Positions 36,754-50,429 of a DNA stretch of 64,000 nt are shown here, piece by piece. The number at the start of each line of letters is the position of its first letter. Position 1 is the first letter of the stretch. The notes beneath the pieces are model-generated. The model saw nothing but the letters and a program-made list of their open reading frames with translations. It was not told where the DNA came from and searched no databases. A program made the position numbers and the translations under genes. Source of the DNA: Podarcis filfolensis (Eukaryota); NCBI GenBank assembly GCA_964270895.1, contig OZ185439.1; one strand, given 5' to 3'.

Positions 36754-37317
36754 TGTCACAGGTGCTTCCCAGCCAATGAATGCACACAGCACAAAGTTAA
36801 CTCGTTACTGTCAAAGATAACATAGTTGCTTCTACAGCTCTGGAGACCTAAGCACAGCAATGTAGCGTCTAGGCAGCTATTCCCAAGTCCTCAGTCTATG
36901 GAGCAGTCGCAGCAACTGGAGACCACTCCCCCTCCCCCAGTTTATGTACCTTCTTCCAGCATGCTGTGAACACTGTAGCCAGAGACTATGCCTGTGTGGA
37001 AGCTGCTCCTGCTCTTCCTGCTTCAATCCTCTCCTGGTTGTGCACACGAGGGTGGGAAAGCACCCAGCCCTTCACTTGCCTGGCCTGCCTCTCCCCCCAG
37101 CTCTTCCTCCAGCTTCTCTACCTGTGCTTCTTACCTCCAGGCTTCAGCAGTACAGGTCCCCACAGACCACACTAACCCCCTCTCCTGAGTCAGACTCCAG
37201 CCCCTCTTCCCCTGGTGCATACTTATCAGCATCCTGGCAGACCCTGTCACTGTGCTCTAGGTGCTTTAAGTACCAAGCACTGCCTCTTCTTCAGACCTTC
37301 CCATTCAACATGTGACA
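36754..37317. mobile_element. Possible older solo LTR
   Basis: Terminal inverted TGTCACA ... TGTGACA 564 bp apart, with a compositionally distinct C-rich interior; no convincing TSD. Confidence 0.35.
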
Positions 37318-39314
37318 CTTAGGTGTGGAGCAGCCAAGAACAGGAACACTGAAAGAAGGGCAACACAGGCATGAACACACACCCCCACAAGTTGTTTCAA
37401 AACAGAATAAAATAACTGAATAGGGTTATAGTCCAACACTTCCTAATAATGGAGGGTGGGGAGCAGGGAGATGGAAGCTGGTCATTTAAACCTCTATCCC
37501 TTGAAACACAGGACACTGTTCATAAGGTCACTAGCTAGAGGGGGGCATTCCCAACTAGAGATGGGTCAGTGCCCTTCCATCTCGCCGGTGTCTTCAGGAG
37601 CAACAATGACAACTGACATATGCCCATATCATAGAGGGTAAATGCACAGAGGCAGAAACACATTTCAAAGTGGAAACTTAGGGGGGAAATAACAGCATGT
37701 GATACCAAGATTGATTTGGGCCAAATTAAGCTCCAAGTGACAACTAGACCCCATTATACTTAGACACTGTAGAAACTGTTAGTCTCTAAGATGGCTATTT
37801 AGAAAATACTTAAAGGGGAGAAGCATTTAAAAGGAAACTTGCATTTACCTTTTCCAGCTAAATCAACTTCGGGATCTTTCAAATCATTGGTACCTCCATA
37901 TGCATCAACATTTTGAACAATTCTTGATTAACATAATCTTTATGAGGTACAGTATGTGAATAGGAATGCCCTCGCCTGAAAGCAAAAGTGACTCCCCTCC
38001 CAGAGAGGAGCCAGTGGTCCTGTAAAAAGTACCCCTAACTGGAAACATCTGGACACTGCTCATCCCCATGGTTACCACGACTGAAAATTGACCACTGCAT
38101 CAAGGAAGACAGACAACTAATGCAACATTCTGTGATCAGTGTTCCCTTCTCCCAGATCTGCAAAAAAACAGACAACAGTCTGCACAGAACAAAGTAATTA
38201 TTTTTCTCCTTTCAAATTTTCAAACAGGAACCATGCTAGGCCAGAGTGCACTTTATTCTTCTAGTAACTAGTAACTTAGTGGTTACCCATGAAGATGTTG
38301 GCATTGCTTACAGAACTTAGTATAGTCCTGTATATTTCTTAAGGTAAAAAAAAAAAAATTCCCACAGTGCTGTGAGGAAATGGATAAAGGCAAATATTTT
38401 TTGCCTTCTTGCAGGATAAGAGTCTTTTGGACACATAAGTTTCCAGTTTTTCTCCAGCTAATGAGGGCAAAAGCAGCTGCTTTTTCCTTTGATTCAGGCC
38501 GGATGATTAATTACACTGAAGTGGAAGCAGAGCAGCAGCTGTGTCTGCCAAGAGACTTGATAATTAACACAGAGAGATCCACGTGTGAATCTGCATCAGC
38601 ATTAGCGGTCAAATCCCTTGTGGTTTTTAACTGGCTGGCTGAACAAATCCACAAATGCTTCTTCCCTGATGTCTAGGAACCTTCATCTCCAGCCACTGTA
38701 TTCCCACTTGAAACATGGTCCATGAGGCATTATATTAACAACTAGGTCAGTTGCCAAGCTGTAAAAACAGGATAATTTTTGTGGTTGGGTTTGATTCTTG
38801 TATAGTACGTACTGGGCAACTGTCCATCCAAACCCCACTGAAATTATTGGAAGTCACCATCCCTTATCCAGAGGAAAGCAGGGAATCTAGAATAGGTTCC
38901 ACTGCTTTCAGTAGGAAATGCACAGATGATGTTCCCAGGGGACTACATCTGTATTTCTGCAGCTTCAGCCTTTAACATAGCTTTCACTGACACCAGCATC
39001 TGAGTACTGTATACATATCCATTATCACCAGAAGCATGTGTGGAAAAGGCAATTATATGACAATGTTCAAGTGATCACTCCTGATTTTCCAGACATATTT
39101 CTTTTATCAGCCACATCCAGCTGGACACTTGCCCAGCTGTTTCCACTTGTCACTAATCAAACCCAACAGCAGTTGAGTTGGACAGATTTTCTTTTGGCAT
39201 CACAAAGTATTATTTGCCTTTCTTGAAAGGAAAGCTTTTCAGTCTCTTCAGAATGCCAGGTGGGTAACTATGCTCACCTATTGCAAGATTCTTCTTTGCT
39301 CTTGCTGCAACATC

Positions 39315-39315
<1 letters not shown>

Positions 39316-39350
<35 letters not shown>
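39316..39350. repeat. (AAT)n microsatellite
   Basis: Direct reading. Confidence 0.95.
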
Positions 39351-39353
<3 letters not shown>

Positions 39354-39901
39354 TTATAGCATAGGTTTTCATAGACTGGACTCCAGTTCATCAGGTGCAT
39401 GAAGCTTTAAGTTGCTAGGTATATGCACATAATTAGGTGGAAAAAGAGAGGAGGTATATATATAGCTGGCAGGTATACACATTGTTAGGTGAGGTCAAAG
39501 GGAAGTACATTATTTAATTTCTATACTGCCCTTCATCAGAGGAACACAGGACATTTTACAAAAGAAAACTACTTCACAGGCAATATTCAACTAACACGTC
39601 CCATCGACACAGGGATTTCCGCTTGCTCAATGGAACTTTCTCCCCTCTACTCCCTCCTGTGCAGACCCCACATCCTCCAGAGTGAAATTGCTCCAGAGGG
39701 TTGTGGTAACCCCAGAACAGATTTAAGGAGTGTACAGGTGTGAAGGGTGCTCTGGTGTGTAAACAGAAATCCGTGCACTGATGGCGCATGCACTTAGTGC
39801 TACATGGGATACAATCCAGTGTTTAATAATATAGGTAAAATCACTACAGTGACCACAAACCAGCTGATGACAACACAATCACTCAGGCATTGGTAAGCTA
39901 T

Positions 39902-40691
39902 TGCTACGATTGGGGGGGCAAACCCCCATAATCGCTACATTCAGTCAAGAACTTGAGCAAACTCATAAATTCATGAATTTAGCAAGGGTTGGAAATAACA
40001 TCAACTAGCTTCATCATGAGGCTAGTTGAGAACATAGTTGAGGCTAATGAGAATATTGGGGCTTGTTTCCTGCTTGGCAGGGGGTTGGACTCGATGGCCC
40101 TTGTGGTCTCTTCCAACTCTATGATTCTATGATTCTATGAGGCCAGCCTGGTGATGACTCTATGTGGTGGCAGGGGGGGGGGGGGGGCAGTCGCTGAAGA
40201 CACAAAAGGCTAATAATGGTTTGTTTGATAATGGGAGCCATCAGCCAGGCAGAGGACGATAGCAACATGAAGGGAGAGGTTGCCAGGGTAACGGGGGTGT
40301 GATGTCACCACAGAAAAAAAATATGTCCATTTAAACTGAGGTTTTGGGGCAAGAGTTTTTGGGAAGGAGAAAGGAGGCACCAGAATTCAATGCATGCTGG
40401 CTGAGAGGCTGCACTCAGAGACTGGGAGGGGGGCATGACTGGCTGCTGCTTTAGACCCAAGTTTGCTGAAGCTATGGGAAGAGCAAAGAAAGACACACTC
40501 AGGGTGTAAATGTTCTGCACTCCCTCCATCAAAACTCAGGTTGTAAATATGTGTAAAATAAACCACATTTCATAAAGACACAACAGTCTCTGCTGTGTCT
40601 TATTCCCACAGAACACAAACCATGGTTAAGTGCCAAACAAGATCTCTGGAATCTTGCTACCAATCAGCAGAGACTGGGGTGGCCTGTAACA
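39902..40691 (+). mobile_element. Solo LTR (ERV- or Gypsy-type) with a nested CR1/SINE tail
   Basis: Ends TGCTAC ... GTAACA; 4-bp TSD CTAT at 39898-39901 and 40692-40695; AATAAA at 40557-40562; no primer-binding site follows; G15 run at 40173-40187. Confidence 0.8.
40065..40140 (+). mobile_element. CR1-type 3' tail (CR1 or SINE fragment) nested in the LTR
   Basis: GGCAGGGGGTTGGACTCGATG ... TTCCAACTCTATGATTCTATGATTCTATGA, the TTCTATGA octamer tail typical of CR1. Confidence 0.85.
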
Positions 40692-43600
40692 CTATTTACC
40701 ATGTTGCGATTCTATCACAGCCATGACTTCTGGAAGTACTGCACTGGTGCCTCTCGTCTACATCTAAGAACAAACTGTGGCATGGAGCGGGCCCTTGTAC
40801 AACCTGGAAATGAGTGGAAGGTCCCCTTCCACTTTGAGCTCACTTGCCATAGGAAATATTGGGACTAGCTTAAAATGTCTTCAAACCAATGATAGAAATA
40901 CTGTATTTATGTGGATCTAATGTGCACCTCAATTTTCAAAACCTTGAAACCAAAAAAGTATTTGCTGGCGACATCAAATCTAATGCACACCCTAATTTTC
41001 ACGAAGTAATTTGTCCAAAAAAAGGTGTACATTACATTCGAATAAATACAATAAAAGAGATGGGGTGGAGGTTTCCAATATAGATGGCGGAGGTGTCTGG
41101 TTCTGCCCCATTTCATCAAAAGACACTATTATGTTTTAGCTACAAATAATGCTGATCATTCTCTTGACTGCTACAGCTTATGATGAGTCTGTAAAAGAAG
41201 AAACGTGCTGCTGAATTTGCTGTCAAATCTCCCAATAATGTTCTTATCCAGCTCTGAAAAATTTAGCTTGTTTTGATCCTCATACAAGGGAGAAAAACAA
41301 AAACGCTACACTCTCAACTATACTTTTGGGCTGCATTACCTAATCATTTTCAGATTACAGTTGAAAAGCTTAATGGTCAAAGGAGGACCATTACAGTCAC
41401 CCAACTTGACCTCTTACTATGAAGCTTTATGAATTAAACGCTCTTGGAATTCAGGTTTTTTTTAATCTACATGGAACATAATTCATATTGCCGCATAGCA
41501 TCTGTTAACCATATACCATCTGTTAACAACTGAGCCCTCCTGATCTAAAAAAACAAAATAAATGTATTTGCTATCAACTGGTAGCTCTGCTCATCAGGCT
41601 GCTATGGAACACTTATCAAAGGCATTAAAAAGCTTAATTGTCCAATTAAAGCTTAATCAATTTATCTCATTATATTATTAAATGTAGATGTTATTAAAGC
41701 ATTATATGCCCGTCTCTAGAACACAGATCCTCAAGAAGAGACAGCCAACACAGGGGAGAGCAGGGTTCATGAGTGAACTAGCTAGTGAATGCTGCTGTAT
41801 TATATGGAACATTGGGGCTTGTTCTCTGTTAAGAGCCTAGAGCCAAAGGGCTAGGGGTTAGATGCTAACCCACCCCCCAGCTCAGTTTGCTGTGGTAACA
41901 AGAGAAAATTGAGTCTTTGTGATGGTGTAAGAAGTGCTAAGCTAGGAGCAGAGCAGACAAAAACTTGTGGGGACAGATAGGACTCATCCATGATGGCAGA
42001 TACCAAAAGGAAGGGCTAGAAAATCTTTGTACCTCTCTAGCAGGGGGAGCTAAATATTGATCAGTAATTGCCCACCTTTTACAGACTGTAGCTACATTTA
42101 CAAATTGAAGAAACTTTCTCAGATACCACACACACCCTCCAACCAAGAACACACAACCTATTTTATTGACTTCAACTGAATGCTTCTTCCAAGTCTAATT
42201 TCAACAGGGAAAAGGGCAGGAGGGGGGATTGTGGCACTGAGGAAGGTCTCTGAAGAAACATTTAGTGACCATGCATGCCACGTTGGTGACTCCTGTTGCA
42301 GGGCAAGCAGGCATTCTTCTCCCTGGGAATGGTGATAAAGCATAAACTCTCATGTGCTCCCAGCACCTCTAATATATGATACAGATGTACACATGGTAGT
42401 CAATTTGTGCAACCCTTCCGCACAAAAAAAGACAACAGTCTGCTCACACAGGCACAATATACTATAGCTCCAGTGGTAAAGAAAAGATATTTCTGCTTCC
42501 TAGTAGGGAACCAAACCACAGTGATAGTTGCATTTTTCTTAAAGAACAGAGAAAACCTGATGACATTTGGACAAATGGAGGCTGAAGGATGAGAGCTGTT
42601 AAAAAGTGTTTGCCAATAACCAGTGTGTCACATCTTTGCTAAGAGCTTTTGTTCTAGAACTCGGCAGAGGCTATTTTTTTCTTGCCGTTTTCCTTCTATA
42701 GAACAAAATCAAAGGAATACAGGTGGAGAATTAGTTTTGCACAGCAAAGTGGCAGCAGTGAGCTGCAGAAAATCTCCCACTCAAGAATGCAGTTTTCTGC
42801 AAGGCAAGAAGTGATGAAACTTCTGGGGGAAGGCTTGTGTGTTTTCAGTGAAGTGCTCAATTTTACCACTGAGGCCTCTTGAGGCATTTATAATGCCTCT
42901 AACTGTCCGTTCAGGGCAGTCAAGAACTGCATGTCTAATTTTAACATTTTGGAGGTTTTAAATTTTTTAGCATTTTGGAGGTTTTAAAAAACTTGTATTT
43001 TTTTGTTATTAATAGGCACCTGGAGATTTGTGTCTATCTGGGATGTGTGTGTATGTGGACTATATTTTGATCTCATTTTAGTCATTCTTTACTAGTTGCT
43101 TGTTAAATAACTCTTTACAAATAACAATCAGAAACTACGCTTATACTTTTATTAAAATTTTAATTATTTGCAATGCCAAAATATTTGTCATACCTACAAT
43201 ATAAAGTCAAATTTTAGTTAGAGCAAATTATAACCTTTCTGCAATGCATTAACAATTGTGAGTTACGATGCCCCCACACCCTTAGATTGTTAATGCTATG
43301 CTATCCCTGATGCTGGGTTATTAGTTTCAGCTGACTGCTTGGTGAATTAGTCCATTTCAAAATACCCCTTTGGCTCCACTACTAATATTTGCTAAAAATA
43401 CTTCCAGAGCTCCTAAATAGCAAGACTGATGCAGTGCATAAAGCCCTCCAGGACACAGTCTTTTTGCGGATGACTATGGAGAAAAGATAATTAAAAAACA
43501 AAGTTCCAATCCATGGTTTGTTTTCATCTGTTTTGTCTATCAGATAGAAAGGGTCAAGGAGAGACAGAGAAAATAAATTTCCTGCTTCAGTAGGCAGGGG

Positions 43601-43813
43601 TACTCCAGAGAATGCTCTTTCAACTTTGTCATGAACATGCTGCTTTTGCACAACAAATCAACAGTATTTCACATTCATGGTGAAATGCTGATATGTAATC
43701 AAAAATCCAACATGGGGAAACACTACAGATTAGGAAAACTCACATCACTCTAACAGTAAGTGAAATATATTTATATTAGCAGAGCTGTTGCATGCATTCC
43801 ATCCCTGCAACTA

Positions 43814-44063
43814 TACAGTCATAGCTCGTGTTACGTTTGCTTCACGTTGCAGCTTTTCAGGTTAAGAAAGCGGCAAACCCGGAAGTGTTTACTTCCAGGT
43901 TCACCTCGCGTGCGCGCACACATGCGCGCACACACACAGAAGTGATCTGTACGCTTCACGCATGCGCAGAAGCGCTCTTTCATGCGTCACGCACGCACAG
44001 TAACAGTGCTCTACTTACGGACTAAACGGACGGATCACGTTTGTAAGTAGAGGTACCACTGTA
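43814..44063. mobile_element. Tigger-like MITE with a different internal sequence
   Basis: Right end AGAGGTACCACTG|TA; degenerate left end TA|CAGTCATAGCTCGTGTTACG; CpG-rich core (GCGCATGCGC-like tracts, CCGGAAG). Confidence 0.7.
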
Positions 44064-47000
44064 TATGAGAGTGCCTGACTGCATATCCAATGACTCTACT
44101 GCCATAATGTTCAAATAATTGTTGCATTAATTATTGTATGGTCTTTTAACTTATTATTGTTCCATGGAGAAAAGATGGGCTGGCAGCTGAATCTATTTCA
44201 TAACCAATGATGAAATGGCCAAGGGGCTGCCAACACTGCTACCCACATACATCCCTGCATCTGCTACCCAAGCACTTCACTCTTCCCAAGGATAGGGCTG
44301 GGATGATAACAAGAATCTTAAGAAACCTGGATAACAAGGTGCCAAGTATTTTTGCATCCCTATTTACAAAACTTAAAATGTTATTCCACACCAACAAGAG
44401 TTAGAGTCAGACCAAATAAAGGCTTTACATTACCTGCTTTCGCTCTTCTTCTTATTTTTGTAATACAAACTCTAAAAAAAGCTGGACACTTTTAGAACAA
44501 ATGTGGCAGGAATATTTTCACACTATAAGAAAACATCATATAAATAGCTAACAAAACCATATGCACTGCAACTGTCTTGATAAAAATGCGCAATTGAGCA
44601 AAGAAAGCATTTTACTGCCATATACACAAATGATCATCTCTAAGTAAAAATTTTAATATAGGAGGGATTATCCCTGATTTAGATGCAGGTTCTTTAGCAA
44701 GCTACCCTCAAAGACCAATTGCAACACAATTTACACAGCTGGGTAGTCCTGCGGGTGGCCTCAAACTCATTAGGAAGATACATCACTGGTTTGATCAGAA
44801 TGGCTTTGTCCAAAAGAAGAAAGAGTGTCATAGTAATAGTGTGGAAAGCAGACAAGACTATAATGGTCAATTTTCATGATAATTTATTAGCATGGAGAAA
44901 TACTACTATACTTTTCTGACAATTGCAATGCATTGCCCAGCACCACCAAATCACTTATATGTTCAACATGTCAATATCAAAGAGCTAAAATGCAGCATCA
45001 CAATGGCAGAAACAAATGCTATTCAAAAGGTATTTTCCAACTCAGTATGCTGCACAAGATTCACAACATAGCCTCTATGAACAATCCAAATATGGAAAGA
45101 TTTTTCCAATATCTGATTATTATTAAGCCACTGCGCGATTGCTTCATTAGAAATGTGAATGGCTATGAATATTTCCGGAAGGTTTCTAAATATGCTTTCA
45201 AGAACCCCTTCAGTTACAACATGTCTAGCAATAGGGAAGGTTAGTTTACTTCTTTCTATAATTCTCAACCAACATTGTGTGTCATATTTCTATACTTATA
45301 ACACATTCTCCTATCAAAAATTATATAGTTTATTATTAAAATATCAAGAAATGTAAATAATACAAATATATCATTGATAAAAAGTAAAAAAAAATACAGA
45401 GATTAATCACTGACAAGTAACAAATGTAAAAAAATTAAATCAGAAAAATCTGGATGCTCTCTATCTCTATCTACACATTTTCATGAAATTTGTTATTTCA
45501 GAGGTTTATAAATAACTCCATTTCTCAGTGAATTGATTTGTGTCATGTTTTAGCTTACAACTAGCATACACAATTGGTTAAAAAGTCTGCTGCCCAAGCA
45601 TGTCCATATCAATCCAGAGTTCTTTCTGTCTTCCAGTAAGGAGTAGTGGTCTCCTACCCTTTTAAGGGCTTCTTGTAAGACAGGATCTTTTAAACAGAAA
45701 AGTAAAGCAGCTCAAGGGGCATGAAGTATATAATACCCAGTTCTTTTATTATCCCCAATAAGAATGGGAGAGAAAGCCACATTTGAAACATGTTTATTTT
45801 CTGGTATTTGATTTAAGAAGGTATTTAGTTTTCTTGCCCATTCCATTTCAAAGAACCTAAGTAGATAACATGTAATAAATCACATTAAAAAGATGGCCAA
45901 TTAAAACACAAGACACTACAAGCTGGCAAAGAGCAATAAATAAATAAAAACTAAACATATTATATACCATCTTATTCAAACAACAACAAAAAACCCACAC
46001 AATATTAGACTTCGGCTATGCTCAAATTATACTTATTTCTAAATAGTATAGGATTGTGCCTCAATTCCTCTGTTCCAGCAAAACACAGTGCTATGCTGAA
46101 GAGAAAAATAGTGACATCCTTGTGCTGATGGAGGCTACCACTAATGAAACGCTTATGCCAGGTATTGTCAACCTTTTCAGGCAAATGAGCACATTTGGTT
46201 CTTTGAGCAATTTCCTTTACCACCAAAGAAACAGAAAAAGAGAAATTCCATGTATACACACTTATTTTTCCCAGGGATTTGGTAAAAGCTGGATCCAGCA
46301 GAATTAATCTGGGCCTTGAAAAGCACAGAGATGAATGAGAAAACGAGGGAAAAAAATCACTCTTCCAACTTCCTCCTCTGGCCCTATATACTTTTCCAGG
46401 GAAGAAAAAAATGACTATTCTCACCACCTTGTGGTCAAGGTGCCATGGGATGGAGAGAGCTTTAAAGCTTTGTGGGCATCAGTGGCCAACCCCTTCCAAA
46501 CAACTGCACAAAAAGAAAGATGTGGGAAGAGCATAGAAGGAACCTTATTACTCAACTGGGCCTCATTCCCAGCTCTGCGAAAATGTAATTTCAGGCAGTA
46601 AAATGTATTTGGTCCTCTCTGACACCTGGCATGCTTGATTTCTAGCATCCCTATTTTAAGAAACTATATTTTGTTGCATGTGTTTTAAAAACATGTACCA
46701 GAAATATTCATTTCAGAGGCACTATACAACATCTCACTAAGGATTGTAGTCATGGTAGTCCTACTCAGAGTAGACCCTTTGAAATTAATGGGCATGTCTT
46801 ACTTAAGTCTATTAATTCCAGTGCCTCTACTCTGAGTAGAACTTGGCTGGAAGCCAGCCTAAATGTCTGTGAGTGATTTGGACGCAACACACAGTTGTAT
46901 GGAACTTATTGAACTTCATGGTGATTACTCCCAAATAATGCATGGAACTGAGCCGCTTGTCTGCCTTGCTAACCATAGACCAATGCTCATTTCCCTTCTC

Positions 47001-50000
47001 TCAAATTCTGCTGCAATATGAGCATCCAAAATAGCTTAAGATTCATTGTCTTAATGAACAATGAAAGGAAACTACCAGCTCATATCCATTTTGATAGCTG
47101 TTCATGCTAAACCATTCCTCATATCCCCCCCCAAATTTCCATTGAACTTGTAAACAAGATAAAGAAAAATAGATTTCCAAGCTGCAACTCAAGATAAATG
47201 GGTGAACGTGTTCTTTTTTAAGTCTAGCACTTCAAGGGGTTGTTTTAATCTCTAATGAATAGCACACCCTGTTATAAAACAGAAGTTGTTAGGTTAATTT
47301 ATGGGGAATTAAAAAGCCACTCAGTTTATGTGTGCTATCTAAGCAGATTTTTGCAGCAGTTAGATAATCATAAATTTAGCAGGCAGTAGCAACAAGAAGA
47401 AACTATCTGTATAAATTAGGTGTTTCCTTGGAACAATGACCATTGGCTAAAGTATCGTGAAATACTACTATCCATGTGAATCACAGTATATGCAGTCGCT
47501 GAACGCAAGCACAGTAAGATCACATTGGAACACACAGTATGCATGCTGGAAGATACACTGAGCTCAATTCTGGCTGTTACTTTTATCCTTCCTCTGTCAG
47601 GGATGTTAAAGAACTAATAGTCCAAAGAACATGGGCAAACCAGGAGAAAAACTGAAGGCAAAACCAGAGAGAGACCCCCCCCCACGTTTATATAGTTTTT
47701 GTTATGGACTCCCAATATATAAAGTTTTAAATGTGCAGATCTGGTTCCAGATTATGGGGGTCATTGGGCAGGCTGCCCTTGGTGGGATTTCCAGTATCAA
47801 TCACGCCCCCAGTATTAACAGTCCACTGGCACTGCTGCAGCCACCAATCTCCCAGGGTTACCAGTGGAGGCAGCACTGTAGCAGGCTGGAAGCTTAAGGG
47901 CTCCACCAGTGGATAAGCCCACACAAGACCCTGGGGTCAGGGAGCACCAATGAAGGTTCTCAACCTCATAGGGCACTTCCAGGGTGCATGAGTCCCAGAA
48001 AATGCCCCATCACTAAATGTGGCATGGCATGCATCCTACTGAAGTGACCCAAGCATCAGAAGTGGCCCTTGCCAGTTTATTTTGATCTTATTTGCAATTA
48101 AAAATCCTAGCGTAGAATCCTGTAGAACAGAAGTTGCTGTTATAACAATAGGAGTCCTAGCACAAATGTTGTTATAACTTACCCAAAACAATTTCAGTAG
48201 TTTTTCTGCAGTACAGAATTCTCCTGCAGAGTGAGTTATAAACACTATTCACAATAGGAGGAACGGTGCCAGCTAGACCACAAAAATGAGAAATATTGAT
48301 TAACTTAATTCTAGATTCATTTAGAACATGCTCCTGGTTTCTTCCTTTGCAGCAGAACATTGCAAAATGGCCATGCAGGCAAAATTGACTGGCTTAGAAG
48401 GCTTAATTTGGCCCATGTGCTGGATATTCCCCACTCCACAGTATAGCACATAGTTTATTGATTAGTGTAGACAGATTGTTTAGCGTAAACTGATTCTTAC
48501 ACATTCCAGCTTTGACCTAGAATCCGCCATGCTGAACTGCAGCTAATACAAGCCACGTAAAACAGTGCAAGCACACTCATACACAATATACCACCCAAAA
48601 ATACAACTGAACTCAACATCTTAAGGTTCTTATGCTGGCATAACATGTATCAGAAATTACACACAAAAATGTAAGTTCTCATGATTACCACATAAGGGTA
48701 TACAGCACAAGTATCAGGATCATCTAACTTGTCCCACTCTTATTTTACATGCATAAGAATGTTGATGAGACAGGGATTGAACAATACCCTCTCCATACGG
48801 CCACTGTGGTATAGTTATGTTGCACATAACATAACTCATGGAGTAGTGCCACCATCACCACCCGTCAGGTCCCTCTTCCTTGTGTAACAATATTCAAACA
48901 CTGGCAGAGAGCCGAGGCACCCTCTTATACCACTAGCTGAGGATCTTCTCAATATTCCCTCTCTTACAGTAACATGCTGGCTTCTGACAAAGGGACTTCA
49001 TGATAGTATGATGAGACCCATCACTGGTTAACAGGACCTTGTAAATCACCAGGCTGCTAGCCATAGATATCAGACAGAATATGGCATGAGGAGTAATATT
49101 CCAATCAAGGATTAAAAGCACAAATCCTGAACAAAAATGAAACATTTGAGTTGTTTTCATTATAAAGCTTTTGGAAGAGAACAAAAGCTACAGCCAGAAG
49201 CCTACAAATCAGAATAAGCCGAGAACCTAAAGCCAGGTTTGAGTTATACTTCCTAGATCTGACAATTCAGCTGAGTCAGTACTGTGACATCACAGCACCC
49301 TGAAAGGGGAAATTCTGTTCAAAAAAAATAGCTCAGGATTGGAAATTCATCTCCTATACCTCTCTTCCCCCACCCTGCTTCCAATAGCAAAACAGCCACA
49401 CCCATGAACTTATTCTGGGCGTTGCCTCTGCAGACAAATTAAATATATGAGGATGGCATACTAATGCCGTGAAAATTAATAGCCATTGCATATTCTGGCC
49501 TTAACCCTGCAGAGAATGTGTTTTCTCCAAGAAGTGTTCCACTGAGAAGAAACTACACCTAGCTCACCATATACCTAGCATATGGTATGAAATTGACCCA
49601 CAGTCTTTAATGGGCCTTGGTGTTAAGCATATGTAATGCCTTGTGAATAGACATGTATTGGTTTCTTAAATATATGAAGAAGAAAGCTTCTTTCAACCAC
49701 TGTAGCATTCCCCCTATCAAATAAATATCACACATCTACCTAAGAAGAAATTTCATATTTAGGCCTCTTAAACACAATTCAATGTGTGTTTACTTAATAA
49801 TAAACTCCTACTGAGTTCAATGGGATCTAGTCCCAGGAAAGTTTGCATATGACAGCCAGATTAATGATTAAGAAGTACACATGATCAATATGGGGGGAGG
49901 GATTGGGGGGAATGCACACAGATGCAAATAAAAATCAGCTGTTCCCACACCTCAGAAAAAAATAGTACTGTTATTCAGAACACATCCTACCACAAATTAA

Positions 50001-50429
50001 TAATCCTGTTGTTGAACGATCTATAACACTTCATTAGTAAGCATCAGCACCTTAGGGGTTGTAACCTACTCTGAAAACACAGCAAAAATATCTCCCTCTC
50101 ACACTGCAAAGAGGTGGGGGGTGATATTGGCATTGGCTTCCCTTTCTAGCTTGCAAACCCTTCCGAGAAATATTTTAATATGCCTCCAGAAAACGCAAGC
50201 TGCGAACGATCTGACACGTCTTTGCTTCCCACCCACGAAAAAAGGATGTACTGCAGCTTTAAATATCTTGGTGCATCAACCCCTGGAATTCTTCCATCGG
50301 TAGAGCTGCAAAATGGTACCAAGAAGGGTGGGGTGGGAACTAAATCTTCTCACCCCACCTTTATCCCAAGAAAGGTGATTAAGTAGCACAAGCCCATCCA
50401 ATCCCTTCTTGCACCCATAGTAAAAGCGA

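Noticed and set aside
41700-42160. Possible second LTR pairing with 39902-40691 to form a provirus
   Set aside because: Shares only short motifs (ATTGGGGCTTGTT). The first LTR has its own TSD, and the intervening 1 kb has no PBS or gag/pol remnants. At most a distant, older relative.
46005-46427. 140-aa minus-strand ORF
   Set aside because: No recognisable domain, no convincing splice signals, composition typical of non-coding sequence.
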